Of a stretch of DNA of 64,000 nucleotides, positions 47,062-54,547 are shown piece by piece (position 1 is the first letter of the stretch; each line of letters starts with the position of its first letter). Location of the stretch: assembly GCA_041659505.1 (NCBI GenBank), contig JBAZYF010000004.1, positions 78,922 to 142,921 on the forward strand. The letters run 5' to 3'. The notes under the pieces were generated by a model. The model did no database searches. It saw nothing but the letters and a program-made list of their open reading frames with translations, and had not been told where the DNA came from. The translations under genes were made by a program, and so were the position numbers. This stretch comes from Parcubacteria group bacterium. GTDB taxonomy: Bacteria > Patescibacteriota > Minisyncoccia > Moranbacterales > UBA2206.

Positions 47062-48576
47062 TTAATTTACTGCGAGACCAGTTGGGACTTCAGGATGAGA
47101 AACATCAATCAAGTCTTGGAGTGGATGCGGATAAATTAACGGGGTATAAGTCAAAGTATGATTTCCTGCGCCTGATGGCTGACTCGCCGTAATGGAATAG
47201 TCAACGTCCCCATTACCAAATCCCGCTGTAACATGTGGCGTGCTTTTGAAATAATTGACTCCACTATAAATGACAACACCGAAGCTATTGTCACATGCTA
47301 GCCCCAAGGCTGAAGAATCATAGCACTTGTCCTGAAGGCCATTATTCCAGACATAGAGGGGGAAAGTTGTTTGTTTATCGCCAGAAAGTATCTGCGCCAT
47401 AGTTTTTCCCGCCGCCCTTCCGGTTTGCGCAAGGCAGGGCCAGCCAGGAGCAGAAGCATCGCCCGCATTTCCGTCCCAAGCATGTGTGCCATCGCAGTAA
47501 AGTAGTGGCGCTCCGGTCTGATCCTGCTCAGGAAGCCTCCCCTCTCCTATCCTAATTGCATTTTCCGGCCAACCGACAAAAGTATTGTCATAAATTAGAC
47601 CCGTGCCACCGCCATGGATGCGCATCGGAGTCAACCAATCACCGCCATAATCCCAACTAAATTTATTATTATAAACCTCCCACCATTGTGTGTTGACGCT
47701 TCCTCCTGTCGTCCAGTGAGAATATAATCCCACATCTGTGAGCGTATTATGGCGAAAAACTATCCTTCCTCCCCGATAACCGCTGTCGATAGCCGCATAG
47801 CCGGAAGCACCGTAGGGTCCGGTTGAACTAGCCACGAAAGTGTTGTCTTCAATGTAAATTGCATTTAAACTTCCCGGCTGAAAAGGCTGTGCTAGGTTAT
47901 ATGCTCCGAAAATATTATTTATCGAACCGTCTTCCGAAGAAAATTCTCCGTCATATATAATAGTTGACTCGCAATTCATGACAAAATAGTTATGATCAAT
48001 GAGGCCAAAGGCGAGTCCGCGAATCGTAATTGCGTGCGGACCGCAGGTATTAGGGTAATAGAAAGTCATATGATCAATCCTCCAGCCATAACTAGTGCCT
48101 GACGGTTGAACTGGATAATTATAGCCGTCATTAGAAAGAGAAAACCCGCCACCATTATTTAAGCTAGTTAAAAAAATATTTGTCACCCTCCAGGCCATTT
48201 TTGTACTATTTGTTTCACTGGAATAAATTCCGCTTGTGTTCATCAATCCGTCGTCAGTCGTTAAACAAGTATCAACGGATGGATTACAAGAACATGTGCT
48301 ACCTGCGCAAGAACCATGTCCCTGCCCTTGAAGTGTTATATTTTTATCCACCCAACCTACACCGTTATCCCAAGCAGGATTGACGTTGCAAGATCCGACA
48401 CTAATATTGACCACGTCTCCGTCGATTGCCAAGCTTGTCGCACTGGTAAGTGCAGTTGTAATATCACCGGAACAAGTAACATTCCTAGTTGCCCCAAAAG
48501 TTTTCCCCGCCACTCCAAACACTCCACAAAAAAGAATTATGAGAAAAAAGATTTTTAGTTTCAAGTTTTGGCGCAT
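47062..48576 (-). CDS. Secreted beta-helix-like protein, array member 1
   Basis: LKLKIFF signal, GDVVNI..G, YIEDNTF, VFRHNT, EVYNNKF, YTPLIYPHPL, tail DVSHPEVPTGLAVN; ATG at 48576 preferred. Confidence 0.78.
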   Translation of the reverse strand: MRQNLKLKIFFLIILFCGVFGVAGKTFGATRNVTCSGDITTALTSATSLAIDGDVVNISVGSCNVNPAWDNGVGWVDKNITLQGQGHGSCAGSTCSCNPSVDTCLTTDDGLMNTSGIYSSETNSTKMAWRVTNIFLTSLNNGGGFSLSNDGYNYPVQPSGTSYGWRIDHMTFYYPNTCGPHAITIRGLAFGLIDHNYFVMNCESTIIYDGEFSSEDGSINNIFGAYNLAQPFQPGSLNAIYIEDNTFVASSTGPYGASGYAAIDSGYRGGRIVFRHNTLTDVGLYSHWTTGGSVNTQWWEVYNNKFSWDYGGDWLTPMRIHGGGTGLIYDNTFVGWPENAIRIGEGRLPEQDQTGAPLLYCDGTHAWDGNAGDASAPGWPCLAQTGRAAGKTMAQILSGDKQTTFPLYVWNNGLQDKCYDSSALGLACDNSFGVVIYSGVNYFKSTPHVTAGFGNGDVDYSITASQPSGAGNHTLTYTPLIYPHPLQDLIDVSHPEVPTGLAVN

Positions 48577-48581
48577 TTTTT

Positions 48582-48611
48582 TCTGCCCAAGACAAATCAT
48601 CCTCGGGCTGA
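48582..48611. repeat. Degenerate copy of the porB 30-bp palindrome
   Basis: TCTGCCCAAGACAAATCATCCTCGGGCTGA, 22/30 ungapped identity to 16071-16100. Confidence 0.55.
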
Positions 48612-48636
48612 CATTTTTATTTTTACCTAGCGACTC

Positions 48637-48798
48637 CTATTTTTTCCAATCTTTCACCAAAAAGCCGCCTCGCACTTTTTTCACCACCACTTTCTGTTTT
48701 TCTTTCCAGCCTAATTCACGCACGATTTCGATCGGCAAAGTCAGCCCGATGCTTCTTTTGCCAAGCCGGGTCAATTTTCTGATTTCATTATTTTTCAT
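48637..48798 (-). CDS. AbrB/MazE/SpoVT-family DNA-binding protein (53 aa)
   Basis: RKLTRLGKRSIGLTLPIEIVRELGW..KQKVVV swapped-hairpin pattern; ATG at 48798. Confidence 0.8.
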   Translation of the reverse strand: MKNNEIRKLTRLGKRSIGLTLPIEIVRELGWKEKQKVVVKKVRGGFLVKDWKK

Positions 48799-48800
48799 AT

Positions 48801-48828
48801 TGTTACTTACCTTGTTACGTAACAAGGT
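48801..48828. promoter_or_regulatory. Putative operator, copy 1
   Basis: Perfect 20-bp palindrome ACCTTGTTACGTAACAAGGT (48809-48828) plus an extra TGTTAC half-site, directly upstream of the AbrB-like ATG. Confidence 0.75.
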
Positions 48829-48842
48829 CATTACCTGAAAAA

Positions 48843-50426
48843 CTAGCTTAGCAAAGAATTTTTGGCCATTAATTTTGGCTTTTCTATTTCCAAAATATCC
48901 AAAATAGTCGGCGCAATGTTGCCCAGCACTCCCCCGTCTCTCAGTTTTTTATCTTTAAGTTTTTCGCTAATGATCAAAAAGGGCACAGGATTTTTTGTGT
49001 GATAGGTATTGGGCTGGTCACTGCTAAAGTCGATCATGTCATCCGCGTTGCCATGATCTGCGGTAATAATCAAGTTTCCCTGAAGCTCTAAAACTTTTTT
49101 CGCCAATCGTTCGATTTGCTTATCCAAAAATTCTACCGCTTTAATTGTTGCGCCAAGATCTCCGGTATGTCCGACCATATCCGCGTTAGCATAATTGACT
49201 GCAATGAAATCGTATTCATTTTTTTCCAGCACTTCCAAAATTTTGTCCGTTATTTTTTCCGCCGACATCTCCGGAACTTCGGCGTAGGAATCAACAATGG
49301 GAGATTTGATCATAATCCGCATTTCCCCTCCGACCGGATCAGCGTAGCCACCGTTAAGAAAATAGGTCACGTGGGCGAATTTTTCTGACTCAGCGATATA
49401 TAGTTGGCGAATATCCCCCAGCACCATAGGCAAAGTGGCCGAGATTGTATATTCCGGAAAAGCCGTATGCTCATCCAAGCCAGGACCAAAATCAGTCAGT
49501 GCGACGAAATATAAATTTCCAATCTTGTCGATAACTGGCATATCATCACGCAGGATGCTTTTTTCATCATTGGCGATAAATAATTTACTGAATTGCCTGG
49601 CGCGGTCAGAACGGAAATTATAGAAAACTAAGGCGTCGTCTTTTTTGATCTGCGCTACAGGCCCGCCTGCAACGCTATGCGTAGCATTGCGGGCAGGTGC
49701 ACTATTCTCCAGAATGACTGTCGGCAAGAGATACTCGTCTGTTAGTCCAGCAGTGTAGGCTCTTTCAATCGCCTCCTCAGCGCTGTTAGCTTTTTCACCG
49801 CGCGCAAAAACGGCCGCGTCATAGGCCAAGGTCAACCGTTTCCAATTTTTGGCCCGATCCATCGCATAGAACCGGCCAGAAAGAGTTGCAATCTTTCCAA
49901 TTCCCTCTTCTTTTATTATCCGTCGGAAATATTTCAGATGTTCTAGTGCACTCCTAGGATAAGAATCCCGTCCATCTGTAAACAAATGGCAATAAACTTC
50001 CTTGACGCCATTTTTTTTGGCTAATTTGAGAATCGCGCGAAAATGCTCCGGATCACTGTGCGGACTGTCGCCATTACCCATCAGCCCCATCAGATGAAAG
50101 TTGCCACCGGTTTTTTTCACATGCTTCACCGCGCCGATCATCGCAGGATTCATAAAAAAACTGCCATCTTTGATGCTATCAGTGATATATTTCGAGTCCT
50201 GTGGCACGATCCGACCGGCACCGATATTCATATGCCCCGCTTCCGAACCACTCATCTTGTGATCAGGTAGTCCCACGCAAGTTCCCGTCGCGCAAAGTGT
50301 CGTGGAAGGATAAAGATCGAATAACCGATCAATTGTCGGTTTTTTTGCGAGAGTAATCGCGTTGCCTTTGCCCGGCGGAGCGATACCGTAGCCGTCGAGG
50401 ATTACTAGGAGAGTTGGTGTTTTCAT
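48843..50426 (-). CDS. gpmI: 2,3-bisphosphoglycerate-independent phosphoglycerate mutase with a 12-aa repeat insertion
   Basis: ILDGYG, SEAGH, DGRD, GRFYAMDR, NADMVGHTG, TADHGN. Confidence 0.97.
   Translation of the reverse strand: MKTPTLLVILDGYGIAPPGKGNAITLAKKPTIDRLFDLYPSTTLCATGTCVGLPDHKMSGSEAGHMNIGAGRIVPQDSKYITDSIKDGSFFMNPAMIGAVKHVKKTGGNFHLMGLMGNGDSPHSDPEHFRAILKLAKKNGVKEVYCHLFTDGRDSYPRSALEHLKYFRRIIKEEGIGKIATLSGRFYAMDRAKNWKRLTLAYDAAVFARGEKANSAEEAIERAYTAGLTDEYLLPTVILENSAPARNATHSVAGGPVAQIKKDDALVFYNFRSDRARQFSKLFIANDEKSILRDDMPVIDKIGNLYFVALTDFGPGLDEHTAFPEYTISATLPMVLGDIRQLYIAESEKFAHVTYFLNGGYADPVGGEMRIMIKSPIVDSYAEVPEMSAEKITDKILEVLEKNEYDFIAVNYANADMVGHTGDLGATIKAVEFLDKQIERLAKKVLELQGNLIITADHGNADDMIDFSSDQPNTYHTKNPVPFLIISEKLKDKKLRDGGVLGNIAPTILDILEIEKPKLMAKNSLLS
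49662..49697 (-). repeat. 36-nt coding palindrome (family C) in gpmI
   Basis: Identical to 15046-15081; encodes PARNATHSVAGG. Confidence 0.95.
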
Positions 50427-50431
50427 AATAA

Positions 50432-50537
50432 CTGAACCACATGATTAGCACGTGATTTTCCTGATTACACATGATTTTGAATTTTGATTATTCCCTTCAG
50501 TGAAATCAGTGTTTTCAGTGATAATCAGTGGTTCTGA
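50432..50537 (+). repeat. Family D element, copy 4
   Basis: CTGAACCACATGATTAGCAC...ATAATCAGTGGTTCTGA fills the eno-gpmI gap. Confidence 0.85.
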
Positions 50538-50541
50538 TTTT

Positions 50542-51795
50542 TTAGATTTCTTCCTCAATCCTAAGCAGTCGATTATACTTACAAATCCGCTCTCCCCGCG
50601 AAAGCGATCCGGATTTCATATAATCTGCTCCAGCGCCAACGGCAAGATCCGAGATAAAATCATCGGTTGTTTCTCCACTGCGATGCGAGACGACGATTTT
50701 CATCTTATTTTTCTTGGCTAATTTGATACAATCAATAGTTTCGAAAAGCGTGCCGATTTGGTTGACTTTGATGAGCACAGCATTGCAAGCCTTTTTGGCA
50801 ATCGCCAGTTTGACCCTTTTGACGTTTGTCACTAAAAGATCATCACCGATATTCATCACGTCTTGGCCGAATTTTTCATTCATCTTGGCCCAGCCATCAA
50901 AATCATCTTCAGAAAGCCCATCTTCAACAGAAATCACGTTATATTTTTTCACCCATTCGACATAAATATTAACCAACGCTTCTCGGCTCAAAACAGCATT
51001 TTCCGGTTTAAACAGATACTGCTTTTCTGTCGCGTCAAAAAACGAACTGGCTGCCGCATCAATACCAATATTCAACTCTGCGCCCTTTTTGTAGCCGGCT
51101 TTTTCAATCGCTAAATTAATCAGTTCCAGCGCCTTAGCATTGCTTTCTAATCTTGGGGCAAACCCACCCTCGTCTCCCACACCGATACTGAAGCCTTCGG
51201 CGGAAAGCAACTTTTGGAGCGCATGAAAAACTTCACTGCCAGCGCGCAGTTGCTCCTTGAAAGTTTTCACACCGTTCGGCACTAATTTATATTCTTGGAT
51301 GGAAAGTCCCGAATCACTATGTTGACCACCGTTAATGATGTTAAACATCGGAATTGGCAATTTGAACTTTTTTGGCAACTTGAAGGTCTCGGCGATATAT
51401 TTATACAACGGCACATCCAACTCGTTAGCCGCCGCGCGACAAACTGCGATGGAAACTCCCAAAATTGCATTGGCTCCCAGATCCGTCTTATTTTCCGTTC
51501 CGTCCAAAATAAGCATCGCTTTGTCAATGCCCTTTTGATCACTGGCTTCCATTCCCAAGAGCGCTTTTTGAATTTTTTCATTCACATTCGCCACGGCTTT
51601 TTCTACTCCCAGTCCGCCATAACGACTCTTGTCCCCGTCACGCAGTTCCAATGCCTCATGCACCCCAGTCGAAGCCCCGGACGGCACCATAAAACTTCCT
51701 TTCGCTCCGGATTCTAAACTCACTTCCACTTCCACTGTCGGATTACCCCGCGAGTCCAAAATCTCTCGCGCGTAGATTTTTTTGATCTTACTCAT
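50542..51795 (-). CDS. eno: Enolase
   Basis: DSRGNPTVE, PSGASTG, GDEGGFAP, SHRSGET. Confidence 0.99.
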   Translation of the reverse strand: MSKIKKIYAREILDSRGNPTVEVEVSLESGAKGSFMVPSGASTGVHEALELRDGDKSRYGGLGVEKAVANVNEKIQKALLGMEASDQKGIDKAMLILDGTENKTDLGANAILGVSIAVCRAAANELDVPLYKYIAETFKLPKKFKLPIPMFNIINGGQHSDSGLSIQEYKLVPNGVKTFKEQLRAGSEVFHALQKLLSAEGFSIGVGDEGGFAPRLESNAKALELINLAIEKAGYKKGAELNIGIDAAASSFFDATEKQYLFKPENAVLSREALVNIYVEWVKKYNVISVEDGLSEDDFDGWAKMNEKFGQDVMNIGDDLLVTNVKRVKLAIAKKACNAVLIKVNQIGTLFETIDCIKLAKKNKMKIVVSHRSGETTDDFISDLAVGAGADYMKSGSLSRGERICKYNRLLRIEEEI

Positions 51796-51863
51796 AAATT
51801 TAATATTTTTTTATTCTAATTTCATAACTCTATTAATTATTCTCTGCAGTGCCACATTTCCAT

Positions 51864-51935
51864 TCAGTGAAATCAGATTAATCGGTGCTTACCCGCCTTC
51901 GTTAAAACTATGGCGAGGCAAGGTCAGTGGTTCAG
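51864..51935 (-). repeat. Half family D element with a nested family E repeat (51892-51923); overlaps the pgk stop
   Basis: Minus strand reads CTGAACCACTGA-[CCTTGCCTCGCCATAGTTTTAACGAAGGCGGG]-TAAGCACCGATTAATCTGATTTCACTGA. Confidence 0.65.
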
Positions 51936-52961
51936 ACATTCTATTCCCGGCATCGCGCTCCCGCCCAGATAATCTAGCATCGCTCCGCCACCGGTGGAAA
52001 CAAAATCGACTTTTTCCATCGCGTCATTTTTTTCGAGGATTTCTAATGTTTCACCTCCGCCAATCAGCACAAACGCACCACTAGCTAGTACTGCCTCAAG
52101 AATTTCGTTAGAACTAACCGCATATTTCTCCTCTTCAAATTTTCCCGTCGGCCCATTCCAGACGATCGTCTTCGCCCCGGAAATTATTTCCTTAAACTTA
52201 GCTAAAGTTTCTGGTCCGATGTCCAACCGATCATCAATAAAATCAATCGGCAAAATCACCTTTTCGCTGAATTGAATTTTTTGATCCAGCGCTTCATTGG
52301 CAATTTTCCCGCCGACCAAAATGTGATCATATTTCTCTTCAAAAAATTTGATCACTGGCAACTTGGTTTCGATTTTTGCGCCACCGATAATTGCGACAGC
52401 GGGACTCACTGGATGCTCTTTGACAATTGTCATCTCGGCGATTTCTTCCTGCAAACGACAGCCGGCCGCACCTGGTAAAACTTTCGCCACACCAGACACG
52501 GAGGCATGGTCGCGATGGGAGGCGCTAAAAGCATCATTGACAAAATAATCAAAATTTTCCGCCAGTTGCTCGGAGAAATCTTGATCATTTTTTTCGTCTC
52601 CGGCATAAAATCGCACATTCTCCAGAAGCAATACCCCATCCTTTAGTTCCGCAAGGGCCACTTTTACTTTCTCACCGACACAATCAGGCACAAAAGCAAT
52701 TTTTTCTGCCAGAATCAGCTCAGCATCTCCAACGACCTGCTCAAGAGAAAATTTCGGATCAACTTTTCCGTCGGGTCGTCCCAAGTGTGAAATTAGGGCC
52801 ACTTTACATTTTTTGCCCATGAGATAATCGATTGTTTCTTTGGCCGCTAGAATCTTAAAACTTTCTTTGACATGGCCATCTTCGATTGCCACATTAAAAT
52901 CCACCCGCACTAAAACCTTCTTCCCCGCCACATCGGCGTCTTGAATTCTTCGTAATTGCAT
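51924..52961 (-). CDS. pgk: Phosphoglycerate kinase
   Basis: RVDFNV, SHLGRP, LLENVRF, GGAK, WNGP.G, STGGGA. Confidence 0.97.
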   Translation of the reverse strand: MQLRRIQDADVAGKKVLVRVDFNVAIEDGHVKESFKILAAKETIDYLMGKKCKVALISHLGRPDGKVDPKFSLEQVVGDAELILAEKIAFVPDCVGEKVKVALAELKDGVLLLENVRFYAGDEKNDQDFSEQLAENFDYFVNDAFSASHRDHASVSGVAKVLPGAAGCRLQEEIAEMTIVKEHPVSPAVAIIGGAKIETKLPVIKFFEEKYDHILVGGKIANEALDQKIQFSEKVILPIDFIDDRLDIGPETLAKFKEIISGAKTIVWNGPTGKFEEEKYAVSSNEILEAVLASGAFVLIGGGETLEILEKNDAMEKVDFVSTGGGAMLDYLGGSAMPGIECLNH

Positions 52962-53019
52962 ACGATTTTACTTGGTTAATTTTTTATGCTTTCATTATAG
53001 CACATTATTAAATAACGCT

Positions 53020-53048
53020 GTAGAGACGCCCCAGCGGGGCGTCTCTAC
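53020..53048. repeat. GTAG-type REP palindrome (family G)
   Basis: GTAGAGACGCCCCAGCGGGGCGTCTCTAC. Confidence 0.88.
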
Positions 53049-53085
53049 AAAAATACATCCTTGTTTTAATAGATTTATAGTTACC

Positions 53086-54330
53086 CTATTTCGTCGGAAT
53101 CGGAAACGCCAGGCACATTTTTTTGACGTCTTTTTTGATCCGCGCCAAGACTTTTTTATCTTTGCCATTTTGCAAAGCCTCATCAATCCAATGGACAATT
53201 TTTTTCATTTCTCGTTCTTTCATTTTGCGCGTCGTGGCGGCAGGCGAACCGATGCGGATGCCCGATGGATTCATTGGCGGATTCGGATCATTAGGAATCG
53301 TCGAGCGACTGACTGAGATCCCAATTTGCTCCAGAATTGTTTCCGCTTCTCGTCCCCCAATCCCTTTGGCACCGAGGTTTAGGATAAACAGATGATTATC
53401 CGTTCCACCGGAGATTACCTCGTAGCCTAATTTAATAAATTCTTCCGCCATCGTCTGGGCATTTTTAATCACTTGCGCGGCATATTTTCTAAAGTTCGGC
53501 TTTAGAATTTCACCGAATGCGACTGCTTTCGCCGCTGTAGTGTGATTATGCGGACCACCCTGCATCCCGGGAAAAACCGCCCGATCGATCAATTTCGCAA
53601 ACTTTTCCTGGCACATAATCACCGCACCACGCGGACCACGCAAGGTCTTGTGGGTCGTCGTCGAAACGACATCAAAATATGGCACGGGATTTGCTAAGAG
53701 TCCCGCCGCAATCAGTCCGGCCGTGTGCGCGATATCCGCAAAAGTAAATGCACCCACTTCATCAGCAATTTTTTTGAACGCTTTCCAGTCGATTTCGCGT
53801 GAATAAGCGCTATAGCCCGCTACGATCATTTTTGGTTTTTCCCGCTTGGCAATCCGGCGCACTTCGGCCATATCAATCCGTCCAGTTTTTGGGTCAACGC
53901 CATATTGGACGAAATTATAAAGCATCCCGGAAAAATTGACCGGGTGGCCGTGCGAGAGATGTCCGCCGTGATCCAGTTTTAGTCCCAGCACCTTGTCGCC
54001 CGGTTTCAAAAATGCCATATACACCGCGGCATTCGCCGGTGAACCAGACAACGGTTGCACATTGGCATGCGCCGCGCCAAAGATTTTTTTGAGACGATTT
54101 ATAGCCAAAATCTCCATCTCATCAATAATCTGATTACCACCATAATAGCGATGTCCCGGCGTGCCCTCGCTATATTTATTCGTCAACACTGATCCCTGAG
54201 CTTCCAATACGGCTGGAGAAACATAATTTTCCGAAGCAATTAATTCCAACTCTTCGGTCTGACGTTTTTCTTCACGAGCAATAATTTCCGCCACTCTTGC
54301 ATCTTCCTTGGAGAGAAATTTATAGTTCAT
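53086..54330 (-). CDS. glyA: Serine hydroxymethyltransferase
   Basis: LIASEN, NKYSEG, GGHLSHG, TTTHKTLRGPRG. Confidence 0.99.
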   Translation of the reverse strand: MNYKFLSKEDARVAEIIAREEKRQTEELELIASENYVSPAVLEAQGSVLTNKYSEGTPGHRYYGGNQIIDEMEILAINRLKKIFGAAHANVQPLSGSPANAAVYMAFLKPGDKVLGLKLDHGGHLSHGHPVNFSGMLYNFVQYGVDPKTGRIDMAEVRRIAKREKPKMIVAGYSAYSREIDWKAFKKIADEVGAFTFADIAHTAGLIAAGLLANPVPYFDVVSTTTHKTLRGPRGAVIMCQEKFAKLIDRAVFPGMQGGPHNHTTAAKAVAFGEILKPNFRKYAAQVIKNAQTMAEEFIKLGYEVISGGTDNHLFILNLGAKGIGGREAETILEQIGISVSRSTIPNDPNPPMNPSGIRIGSPAATTRKMKEREMKKIVHWIDEALQNGKDKKVLARIKKDVKKMCLAFPIPTK

Positions 54331-54374
54331 ACATTTGTAATTTGTTTTCAGAACCTACGCTTTTTAATTAAGTA

Positions 54375-54503
54375 TGTCATCCTGAGTGAAGTCGAAGGAT
54401 CTACTTTCCATTATCGTAAGCCTTATTGTTAAGCAGACAACTCTGGGTTACGGTTAGCAGATCCTTCGACTACGTCCAAGTACGGACTTCGCTCAGGATG
54501 ACA
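54375..54503 (+). repeat. Family B element, copy 2
   Basis: TGTCATCCTGAGTGAAGTCGAAGGATCT...AGATCCTTCGAC...TTCGCTCAGGATGACA. Confidence 0.85.
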
Positions 54504-54547
54504 CAATTTAGTTATTTTTTTTGGTGAATGCGTGAGTTCAAATATTA

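Noticed and set aside
37520-48576. Diversity-generating retroelement acting on the paralog 3' ends
   Set aside because: No reverse transcriptase in the window; the shared 3' blocks are all coding, and differences are not visibly confined to adenines.
37520-48576. Integron cassette array or prophage
   Set aside because: No integrase, attC-like sites or phage genes; the genes are close-packed paralogs.
48637-48798. MazE-type toxin-antitoxin module
   Set aside because: No toxin ORF is adjacent; the next gene is a secreted beta-helix protein.
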